A stretch of DNA of 64,000 nt from Amoebidium appalachense. Lineage: Eukaryota > Protista > Ichthyosporea. Within the stretch, counting starts at the first letter, position 1; each line of letters opens with the position of its first letter. Positions 13,384-22,622 of the stretch are shown here, piece after piece. Made by a program: the position numbers and the translations under genes. The notes below the pieces were generated by a model. That model was not told where the DNA came from. It ran no database searches and saw only the letters and a program-made list of their open reading frames with translations. The stretch spans positions 12,249,651-12,313,650 of the forward strand of contig CAVNZM010000003.1 in assembly GCA_963693365.1 (NCBI GenBank), read 5' to 3'.

Positions 13384-13986
13384 TTTTTTTTTTCTTTTGA
13401 CTGGATTTATTCGACGGAAAGATATGACAAGTATGCACGGCATACTGAGAAGACAATAAAAACTTCACGAGTTATCCAGTAACAAGTGCATACTGAGATA
13501 CCTGAACACTGTGTGAAAATCATATAAATACTCAATGTGACGACCAACAGAATTCAACAAAAAGTCTAAAGTGTTCACATTGCCAGCTAGTGTAGCAGAT
13601 ACCCGGAGGGAAAGAGGTAAAACGCGACATAAAAATTCACACCTATCAACATGCTTGCGATTAAAAAGGTCAGCACAAAAGTGGCACCAGCGGCGATGAA
13701 AACAAGAATTACAGCGCCACTGCACAACTTCCCAGGCAATATCAACATCAGAGCACCATACAGACTTATCTACTATGGTGGTATCCATACGTACAGCGGG
13801 AGAAATGTATCCTGCCAAAGCTCCCAAAAAGCGATAATGATCAGTACGGTGTTGCCTAAGGAACATAACACATGCCGACTGAGTTTTACCTTTGATTTCT
13901 CTATCAGAACGAGAAAGAAACTTATACTGCGTATGGTAATAACGCGAAAAGGCAGAAAAAAACAGGAAGAGAAAAGAAAGAGGGAG
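13384..13986 (-). mobile_element. Non-LTR retrotransposon family A, 5'-truncated copy (C-terminal coding part, 3' UTR, poly-A)
   Basis: Near-identical in reverse to 14957-15577 and 51555-52156. Encodes WRCNSC...CHFCADLFNRKHVDRC...LDFLLN. The T-run at 13384-13393 is the poly-A tail. Confidence 0.9.
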
Positions 13987-14759
13987 AAAAATGAACCTAT
14001 CTTTCCCAAAATCTTTCCCACCAGGTACCTATCTTTCCAAGAAATTTCCCGTCTTTCTCGAAAGCTACCTAAATTTCTTTCGAAATTTCTCGCCATAAAC
14101 ACATATACACACGCACGCGCACAAAGTGTACACAGGCACACACGCGCACACGCGCACACACTTCATGGTTGGTGGGCTCAGTGGCAATGAGATCGGCCAC
14201 CAGAAAAGTGGAAGTGGTACTTTTACGTTTCGTAATGCTGACAGCTGCAGCAGAGAATGAGGCCATTTTGAAGATTCGAGTACAAGTAGAAATCGTACGG
14301 TGTTTCTGTCAAGTGCAATTGCAAGTTACAGCATATATACCCTTCCAAAGTCTCAACAATCGCTTGCAAACATTTGTTTTCATTGGTTGAATGCTGCCAA
14401 TTACATTAATCTTGCGATTTCAGCCACTACAATCGTTTCCCTCCAAGAGTAAATTTTTTTAAAGTGGTGCTTAGGCTGCACTGGCGGGCCCGCCAGTGTT
14501 CCGGTCAATTATAGTTAGTCAAGCTCTTGTTATGCTCACTTTGATTGGATTACAAACAATCCCATCGCCCCTCTCTCAGGAAAACAGTGTCATTGGACAT
14601 GGACAGTCACATGGTTAAGACTCCCACCTTTTTTGGTTTGTTTACGAGTCTTGCAGTCCAATCATGTGCCTTCCAAAGGAAGAGGGCAAAAGCCGGTAAA
14701 CCATACCCTATATACCACATACATACCCCTAGACCACGAGAAATTTGGATCTTTCCGGT

Positions 14760-15577
14760 TTGTCGTCTGCTGTTTGTCGTATGGAGGAATTGTCTCTTCG
14801 TTTTTGTTTTCATTTAGTTAGGCTACCTGATGGTCACCCTCTTTATGCTTTCTTTCCCCCCCTCCCTCCATTCCTCTTCCCCCCCGATTCACCAACGCTA
14901 CTTCTGAATGTCCTCAGCCTACCCTCTTTCCACCTGATTCTTCCTCTCGCTATCTCACTCCCTCTTTCTTTTCTCTTCCTGTTTTTTCTGCCTTTTCGCG
15001 TTATTACCATACGCAGTATAAGTTTCTTTTTCGTTCTGATAGAGAAATCAAAGGTAAAACTCAGTCGGCATGTGTTATGTTCCTTAGGCAACACCGTACT
15101 GATCATTATCGCTTTTTGGGAGCTTTGGCAGGATACATTTCTCCTGCTGCACGTATGGATACCACCCTAGTAGATAAGTCTGTATGGTGCTCTGATGTTG
15201 ATATTGCCTGGGAAGTTGTGCAGTGGCGCTGTAATTCTTGTTTTCATCGCCGCTGGTGCCACTTTTGTGCTGACCTTTTTAATCGCAAGCATGTTGATAG
15301 GTGTGAATTTTTATGTCGCGTTTTACCTCTTTCCCTCCGGGTATCTGCTACACTAGCTGGCAATGTGAACACTTTAGACTTTTTGTTGAATTCTGTTGGT
15401 CGTCACATTGATTATTTATATGATTTTCACACAGTGTTCAGGTATCTCAGTATGCACTTGTTACTGGATAACTCGTGAAGTTTTTTTTTGTCTTCTCAGT
15501 ATGCCGTGCATACTTGTCAAATCTTTCCGTCGAATAAATCCAGTCAAAAGAAAAAAAAAAAAAAAAAAAAAAAAAAA
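14760..15577 (+). mobile_element. Non-LTR retrotransposon family A, 5'-truncated copy with long poly-A
   Basis: Matches 51357-52156 almost base for base. 3' UTR hairpin GTATGC-CGT-GCATAC, AATAAA and A-tail. Confidence 0.9.
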
Positions 15578-15704
15578 TTCTCGCTCCTTTCCCAAAATTT
15601 CACCTATCTTTCCGGCAACTTTCCTTTCCGGCAAGGTACCTAAATTTCCCGAGAATTTCCAGATTCCCCATAGAATCGATCCTCCCCTTTTTCAGTCCCG
15701 ATGC

Positions 15705-17737
15705 CATATGGTCTGTGATATCTAGTTATAGCTCTAGTAAGTCTTGTGGACCTGATGGACTCCCTGCTGGGTTTCTTAAAATCCTTGTTCCCTCCTACCC
15801 ACAAAAGGAAAGTGATCGTGCTATTAAACCTGATCTTACTATCATGTTAAGCTCTCTCTTTTCTTGGTGTGTTAAATGTGGACATGTCCCGTCATCTTGG
15901 TTAGATACCTTAGTGATCCCCATAGTTAAGAAGGACTCTGAGGGCCCCATATCATCCTTTCGCCCCATTACACTAACCCAGGTTGTTCGTAGATTCTTTG
16001 AAGCTTGCTTACTTAGGTTATTTGCACATCACCCTAGGTTTCAATCTATTCTTCACATACACCCATGCCAATCCGCTTTTCGTAAAAACAATTCATGTTA
16101 TGTTCAAATAATGGCACTGCACGATTCTATGCAAGTTGGTGCACAATATGTTGGCTTTATTGATTGGAAAACTGCTTACGATTCTGTCTCCCCTGGTCTC
16201 CTATGGGAAAAGCTTGCTGCACGGGGTGTACCACACTGCATTGGTGTTCTGTTAGAAGCACTCTTGTCTCAAACCTATGGTAGAGCTGTGGTTAATGGGC
16301 ATCTTTCATATGGTTTTGCTCGTACTAGAGGTCTCTTGCAGGGTTCATTGCTTAGCCCCTTTTTGTTTAACCTATTTATAGATGATTTGGCTGTCAAGAT
16401 TTACGCCGAAAACGATGACCCTATTAATAACTTTCCGCCTGCACTTCTCTATGCTGATGATCTGTCCCTCCTTGCCCGTACCCCTAGACGCCTGCAAAGA
16501 TTGTTCGATGTAGTGTCAGAGTGGTGCAAGGCAAACCTTATGATCCTTAACATAGACAAATGTGGTGTTCTTGTACCTGATATAGCTAACAATTTACACA
16601 CATTTACATTATCATCTAAACCTGTACCTATAGTTCCAGAATACAAATATCTTGGTGTTCCGGTTGATTCTGTTGGTGTTATGTTTCCCCATATGGTCGA
16701 AAAGAGGGTAGAGTTGGCTCGTAAGCGGTTAGCTTTCTTCTCGGCTAATATTTTTAAAGACACACCCCTCCATCCTTCTATTAGACTTACATTTATTCGC
16801 ACTTTTGTCTTCCCGGCATGTGAATATGGTTTACCCCTTCTCGCCGCTTGGATCAAGAAAGAGAGAACTAGAGCGCTTAAACCCTTGGCAAATTTCCTTG
16901 AAGCAGAAGTTGCCTCCTTTCTATCTAACAACTGTTGTAAACCTGGGCCTGTAACGCTCTCGATATATGGTCTGGTCCCAATAGCTGCTAGAGTATCCTA
17001 TCTCGCGCTGAAATTCAATAAGCACATAAGCCGCTTAAAGAAGTATTTGCCCTCCCACCCTCTCTTCTCTATCCGACCTGTCCCCTCCTCACCTCTCCCC
17101 TCTTTCCTCCCCTCTCTCTCCCCTTCTCCCCTGGGCACAAATACAAATAAACCCCGCAATAGTGTGTGTGTGACTTTGGACTGCCACTTACTTATTAAAC
17201 ATGTACACAATCACAAGATAATCACGCAATATAACAAATGGAAAAAGATACCACACGACACTAGACCCGATGAAAGCATACACCTTGAAAAACTAAGCCT
17301 TATGTCTCGTTTTATATATACTGACCGCCTCAACCATATTGCCAAATATGGCACTCGCAAGTGTATAACACCTAAATACATATTACCTTCCTGTAGAACT
17401 GGTCTTTCTCTAGCTGATGGTATTATTGATCAATTACCACGCTTTTACTGTACACGTGCTATACAGTGGAGATCTAATAAGTATAAGGTGGCATCATTTG
17501 CATGCCCAAACAACACACACACACACCAGTTTAACCGGTCATGTATCGCCAAATGTAGTTTGATAGACCACATAATACCGCAACACACACACGTCACATT
17601 CACAACAGACACCCAGAAAGATAGCCTACCTGTAAATTACAACATCCTTGATTTTATACTAAACACGCGTAACTACGACCTGTTTATTAGATGTATTGAT
17701 TGGCTTGAGAAACACATCACTACAAAATTATAGCGCA

Positions 17738-17818
<81 letters not shown>

Positions 17819-17850
17819 CCAGCTGATACCGAGTGTCCCGAGGGGAGCCC

Positions 17851-17887
<37 letters not shown>
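15705..17887 (+). mobile_element. Non-LTR retrotransposon family B, 5'-truncated, with (CA)n 3' UTR, stem-loop and poly-A
   Basis: Contains the intact RT ORF, then (CA)n at 17741-17816, hairpin AGGGG-AG-CCCCT and an A-tail at ~17855-17887. Confidence 0.9.
15715..17733 (+). CDS. LINE-type reverse transcriptase with C-terminal Cys/His motif (N-terminus missing)
   Basis: KSCGPDG, FRPITL, QSAFRK, IDWKTAYDSV, GLLQGSLLSPFLFN, LYADD, YKYLG. C-terminal QWRSN...CPN..H.FNRSC...LDFILN is homologous to the family A C-terminus. Confidence 0.93.
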   Translation: MISSYSSSKSCGPDGLPAGFLKILVPSYPQKESDRAIKPDLTIMLSSLFSWCVKCGHVPSSWLDTLVIPIVKKDSEGPISSFRPITLTQVVRRFFEACLLRLFAHHPRFQSILHIHPCQSAFRKNNSCYVQIMALHDSMQVGAQYVGFIDWKTAYDSVSPGLLWEKLAARGVPHCIGVLLEALLSQTYGRAVVNGHLSYGFARTRGLLQGSLLSPFLFNLFIDDLAVKIYAENDDPINNFPPALLYADDLSLLARTPRRLQRLFDVVSEWCKANLMILNIDKCGVLVPDIANNLHTFTLSSKPVPIVPEYKYLGVPVDSVGVMFPHMVEKRVELARKRLAFFSANIFKDTPLHPSIRLTFIRTFVFPACEYGLPLLAAWIKKERTRALKPLANFLEAEVASFLSNNCCKPGPVTLSIYGLVPIAARVSYLALKFNKHISRLKKYLPSHPLFSIRPVPSSPLPSFLPSLSPSPLGTNTNKPRNSVCVTLDCHLLIKHVHNHKIITQYNKWKKIPHDTRPDESIHLEKLSLMSRFIYTDRLNHIAKYGTRKCITPKYILPSCRTGLSLADGIIDQLPRFYCTRAIQWRSNKYKVASFACPNNTHTHQFNRSCIAKCSLIDHIIPQHTHVTFTTDTQKDSLPVNYNILDFILNTRNYDLFIRCIDWLEKHITTKL

Positions 17888-17888
<1 letters not shown>

Positions 17889-19045
17889 GGGGAACCCCAA
17901 CTAATTGATTTCTCCTTGTAGTCTTTATGGTGTCTCGTAGAGAAAGTAAACCCTGATATATAGTCACCACCCGACATCTATGTACGTGATCATGATATAC
18001 CGCTGAGGGGATATTCCGAGCAAACCCCCCCCCCCATACCTGAGACTGGTTCTCTTTGCCTCGAGTAAACAGCGTAAACCCCCAGATGTACATACCCTTA
18101 ATCGCGTGGCATTTATAGAGAGAAAGCGCATATCATTAACCTTAGGAATCCGAGCGCAATCGATGATGGGAACAAAAATGTTACCAGACTTCGAGCGAAC
18201 GATTTTATCGGCTCTTTCCAGGGATAGATCGCGATGAGCTTGCCATGTGAGTTTGTCGATGGGATCCCAACTTGGTTTGACCAGAGCGACGGCCTACATG
18301 CGCCTGTAGGCGTATACCTCAGGCGAGGTCAAGTCCGCAAAATGATACGAAAAACTGGCGGAACACCGGTGAAAATAAAGTAAACCGTCTTTTCAGCTGG
18401 GCAGCCTTGGGATAACGTGACTGAAGAGCACAGGAGGCAAAAAAGAACACCTTTACATCACTGATAAGACTGATACAAAAGATGCCAAATGCATGCATCC
18501 ACTCACGTCCATTTGAGGGACCCATCTATTGAGTGATGAAGCTATCCTATTGAGCATCCAGAAGCAATTGCACGTGACGTAACTTTAGTAATACTGTCAT
18601 GCGGAAACAACTGTTATAAACCCCAAAGGACTTCTGTAAATACCGTGAAAAAAAACAAAAAAAGGAAAACATGGTTTTCATATAGCACAGAAATTTTAGA
18701 CAACCGGAGAAGGAAGCCGTTTCGGCAATGGCGAGTTCGTGTGCTCGTGTAAGGCGACAATATCATTGGTCATCATAGTATGTAACGCGAATACGGCCAA
18801 TTTGTTTGTTGCCTGATTTTCGTGTTTGTCCCATTATACAGCGTAAACTGCTCAATATTTTTATACACAAAAAATAAATGTATAAATTTTTATAACATTA
18901 ACACATGTAACTATATTATAGGTGAGGTTTTTTGCAACTAAAGACACCTTAGACTGCCGTGAAACTGGCAGTCTCTTGTTGGTTCTTGCTGTCCATCGGC
19001 TTTGTCCACTATCACGGCTAGCTTTCTCCAGGCTGATCTCGCTCA

Positions 19046-19351
19046 TGTAACTTAGAGGTTTCTCTGTGAGACTTTATTATTTGCTGACTTACATTGACTG
19101 GCCCACCGGGACCTTTATATACTTGTGGTCTGGCTCACTGGAATGTTACATACTATTCCCGATTGGTCTACCCGCCGCTATGGATCTAGTCGCTACCAAT
19201 CAGAACACTCCAACAGAATCTTCTAGACTCCTCTAGATCTATCCTGATCTATCGTGAACCTATCCACCAGTTTATCCCGAATATCTCGAATATTCCCGAT
19301 CACTAGTGCTACGCTAACGCAGGGCATACCGGATGGCTATCCTGTTCGACA
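19046..19351 (-). repeat. 3' LTR of copia element
   Basis: TG...CA termini, direct repeat of 22317-22622, adjacent to the polypurine tract. Confidence 0.95.
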
Positions 19352-19591
19352 CCCCCACTTGCACTGTGTTCTATCTATCTACCGCATGCAACCTAAACCT
19401 AAGATGCAACTCTAAAACTATGCTACTATACTAACACATATAACACCTACTACACGAACATTAACACTACACTAATTGTAGTTCTTACTCAGCCATGCCG
19501 ATGGCCTGCCGATGCTGCACTAACTTAAGTCTCCCTAAAGCTTTGGTGCACATGTCGGCCACGTTACTGTTCGTGCTGCAATACACAAGTT

Positions 19592-20971
19592 CTACATCCC
19601 CATTCTCCACACACTCACGGGTGTAGTGGTACTGAACGTCGATGTGTTTGATGCTGGCCTGGAGATTGCTTCTTCCAGTGTCACAGGGTCATCCTCATTG
19701 CTATCAGCACTCTCAATTGCCATGCTGATACTGTCGCGGTACTCTACTACACCTGCGTTGATGCCGTAGGTCCCACCGCGCCTTGTAGTCATAGACGGAT
19801 AGGCACTTCTGGTTGCAACCTGCAACTCTGCACTATCTTCCTCGTCTCCTGACCCTGCCGCGTCCGAATCGCCGCTGTCCTCGCCCGCGCCGTCGCCGAT
19901 AGCATCTGAATCATATCCACTGTCAGTGCCGATTGCAGGCTTCCGAAAGGAATGTTGCTTCTTGACGCTGATTGGATTCCTCGATTCCATGCTCTGCTGA
20001 TTTCCGATTGGCTTATGCATCAGCAATTCCATTGGCTCATCTTGCACCACCGGAATACCGGCCTTTGAGGTGCATGATTCATCGATCACCACATCTCGCC
20101 CGACGATAGTCTTGCGCGCCTCGGTGTCCCACAACAAGTACGTCTTGCTGTCACCTGTGTAGCCGACGAATTTACACTCCCGACTCTTGGCGTCTAGCTT
20201 CCTGCGCTCGTCCTTCGGCACATGGACAAATGCCTTGCTACCAAATACACGTTGATGGCTAACATCGGGCTTCTCTCCATACCATGCCTCCCAAGGTGTC
20301 ATGCCACCCAGTACTGTGGTTGGCGTCAGGTTCTTGATGTACACAGCTGCCTGTACTGCCAGCTGCCAGAACCCCATACTCATGCCTGCTGACTGCAGCA
20401 TGCAGCGCGCCGTCTCGACAATGGTCCTGTTAGCCCTCTCTGCTACACCATTCTGCTCTGGTGTGTAAGGGACTGTCGCCTCATGTTCAATGCCGCACGC
20501 TTCCAGGAACGACTTGAACTCAGTGGAGGTGTACTCACCCCCGTTGTCGGAACGCAGAATCTTGATGCTGGCACCGTGTTGCTTCTCTACGTGTGCCTTG
20601 TACTTCTTGAAGTAAGTATGCACTTGGGATTTATGTTTCATGAAGTACACCGTAGTGAACCTTGTCTTGTCGTCGATGAAGGTGACATAATACTTGGAAC
20701 CTTGCAGCGACTCCTTGTTGAACGGTCCTGCCACATCAGAATGAACTCTGTCGAGCTTCGCTGGCGCTGTCTTGCGGGGTAGCTTACTGAAAGAGAGCCG
20801 GGCTTGCTTCCCTCTCGCGCATCCCTCGCACACACCGTCATCCTGGGTTTTGCAGTCGATGCACAGACCCTCGACGATGTTTTCTTTAACCATCTTCTGT
20901 AGCGTGTTTATTGCCACATGACCAAACCGCCGGTGCCATAAACTGGCGCTGCCCTTTACCGGCTCACACAC
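19592..20971 (-). CDS. Copia integrase (frameshifted from gag-PR), cut off just before RT
   Basis: LWHRRFGH...CEGC zinc motif, VHSDVAGP, LRSDNGGEY, PEQNGVAERANRT, GKD region. After DPVTLEEAISRP the sequence joins the RNase H tail (KHIDVQYHYTRE...NVADMCTKAL, ~19485-19650, other frame). Confidence 0.93.
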   Translation of the reverse strand: MCEPVKGSASLWHRRFGHVAINTLQKMVKENIVEGLCIDCKTQDDGVCEGCARGKQARLSFSKLPRKTAPAKLDRVHSDVAGPFNKESLQGSKYYVTFIDDKTRFTTVYFMKHKSQVHTYFKKYKAHVEKQHGASIKILRSDNGGEYTSTEFKSFLEACGIEHEATVPYTPEQNGVAERANRTIVETARCMLQSAGMSMGFWQLAVQAAVYIKNLTPTTVLGGMTPWEAWYGEKPDVSHQRVFGSKAFVHVPKDERRKLDAKSRECKFVGYTGDSKTYLLWDTEARKTIVGRDVVIDESCTSKAGIPVVQDEPMELLMHKPIGNQQSMESRNPISVKKQHSFRKPAIGTDSGYDSDAIGDGAGEDSGDSDAAGSGDEEDSAELQVATRSAYPSMTTRRGGTYGINAGVVEYRDSISMAIESADSNEDDPVTLEEAISRPASNTSTFSTTTPVSVWRMGM

Positions 20972-22269
20972 GGTGTTACCCCCACTGCTGCCGACTGCCT
21001 GATGGCAGTGGTCACCATGTTCACGCTCTCACATACGGGTTTCACTAGGAGACGATACAGGCCTCCCTCCACTACCCCACGGGCCACAACTTGGCCATCT
21101 GTGGCACTCTCAATCGTACACTGTCGACCGTCGGTGATGCCTCTGAACCCGTGCTTGCCGGCGCTTGAAGCCGACATCACGTTAGTTCCAAATGCTGGCA
21201 CGTACAGCACATTCTGCAGTCTAAATGTCATGCTGTTGCCCTGGAACTCACTTGTTAATCTTACGACGCCTATTCCTAGCGCCATCACACCCGGGGTGTT
21301 ACCCAGAGCGACGGGTTTGGGTGTGATCGACCGGAAGTCTTCCATCCAGTCCTTTCGGCATGTGACATGGGAGGTTGCGCCGCAGTCCCAATACCACTCA
21401 GTTGAAGAAGGGAGTCCGCTGTTTACCGCCATGGCGAGTATCTCCTTGGAAGCTCCGTTCTGCTTCGCCTTGTCGCCGCGATTGCCGCCCTTCTTCTTCT
21501 TTGGACACTGTGACTTGTAGTGCCCAAACTTGTGACATTTGTAACACTCCACCTTGGATATGTCAGTCACGCGCGGCTTGCCGGTATCCTGTCGTGGCGT
21601 ACCGCCGCGCCATTGGGTGCTGGTCATCATCACCCGCTGCTGTTCCCTTGCAGCCTCGTTCTCCTCAAAACCACGCAGCTTGGCGATTATCTTTTCCATT
21701 GTCTTCTCAGCTGCTGGTAAAGCTTGAATGGTCCTAACGTCGGTGCGGAATCGGTCGTCAGCGCCTACACCGTCCAGGAATTTCTCGGCAACCATGTCCT
21801 CACTAACTCCATTGGGGTCGATATGAAGAAGATCCTGCACAATGCACTCCAGACGGGCCGCATACTCCAGCACGCTTTCCGTCGGCATCATATCAGCACG
21901 CCAGAACTGTTGAATCAACATTCTCTTGTGCTCATCTGTGTTGCGCGCAGCGTATGATGCTACCGTATCCCATATGTCCTTGGGATTTCCTACGGCAATA
22001 GCTCGCCGACACAGGCTTGCAGGTACATCACCTAGTGTCTCCACCAGGTAGGAAGTCGCCTTCTTCTGGTCCAAGGGGTCGATCTCCACCAGAGGTTGCT
22101 CCACCGGTTCGCCGTCCTCTCCTATCACTTCAGGAGCCACGTCTTCAATCGTGTACCATAATTCCTCGCCCTCGAGGAAGCACTTCATGCGCATGGCCCA
22201 CATTGAGTAGGAGATTTTGCCCTTGCCTTCTCCTTCATACATGGGAACTGGACATTTTGCTCTTCCCAT
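20956..22269 (-). CDS. gag: Copia gag + aspartic protease
   Basis: YSMWAMRMKCFL gag N-terminus, CCHC knuckle CYKCHKFGHYKSQC, protease WYWDCGATSH. Confidence 0.93.
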   Translation of the reverse strand: MGRAKCPVPMYEGEGKGKISYSMWAMRMKCFLEGEELWYTIEDVAPEVIGEDGEPVEQPLVEIDPLDQKKATSYLVETLGDVPASLCRRAIAVGNPKDIWDTVASYAARNTDEHKRMLIQQFWRADMMPTESVLEYAARLECIVQDLLHIDPNGVSEDMVAEKFLDGVGADDRFRTDVRTIQALPAAEKTMEKIIAKLRGFEENEAAREQQRVMMTSTQWRGGTPRQDTGKPRVTDISKVECYKCHKFGHYKSQCPKKKKGGNRGDKAKQNGASKEILAMAVNSGLPSSTEWYWDCGATSHVTCRKDWMEDFRSITPKPVALGNTPGVMALGIGVVRLTSEFQGNSMTFRLQNVLYVPAFGTNVMSASSAGKHGFRGITDGRQCTIESATDGQVVARGVVEGGLYRLLVKPVCESVNMVTTAIRQSAAVGVTPCVSR

Positions 22270-22316
22270 CTTGTCTCAACAGTCGCTTGATCGTAGCGTT
22301 GTACTGGGTCCGTAAC

Positions 22317-22622
22317 CGTAACTTAGAGGTTTCTCTGTGAGACTTTATTATTTGCTGACTTACATTGACTGGCCCACCGGGACCTTTATATACTTGTGGT
22401 CTGGCTCACTGGAATGTTACATACTATTCCCGATTGGTCTACCCGCCGCTATGGATCTAGTCGCTACCAATCAGAACACTCCAACAGAATCTTCTAGACT
22501 CCTCTAGATCTATCCTGATCTATCGTGAACCTATCCACCAGTTTATCCCGAATATCTCGAATATTCCCGATCACTAGTGCTACGCTAACGCAGGGCATAC
22601 CGGATGGCTATCCTGTTCGACA
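22317..22622 (-). repeat. 5' LTR of copia element
   Basis: Direct repeat of 19046-19351, followed on the minus strand by the PBS and the gag ATG at 22269. Confidence 0.95.

Larger units (their letters stand above)
19046..22622 (-). mobile_element. Ty1/copia LTR retrotransposon, internally deleted (RT lost), 3.58 kb
   Basis: ~306-bp LTRs at 19046-19351 and 22317-22622 look identical apart from the terminal base. GCTCA 5-bp TSD at 19041-19045 and 22623-22627. PPT AAGTGGGGG and PBS GGTTACGGACCCAG. Confidence 0.96.

Noticed and set aside
14170-14250. tRNA/SINE A-box-like GGGCTCAGTGG
   Set aside because: No B-box or cloverleaf downstream.
14479-14498. Perfect 20-bp palindrome CACTGGCGGGCCCGCCAGTG
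   Set aside because: Isolated, with no supporting element boundaries; probably a DNA-transposon remnant.
20956-20990. Programmed frameshift between copia protease and integrase
   Set aside because: One extra G in the G5 run restores a single ORF, and this is not a normal copia recoding position; mutation or homopolymer error is likelier.
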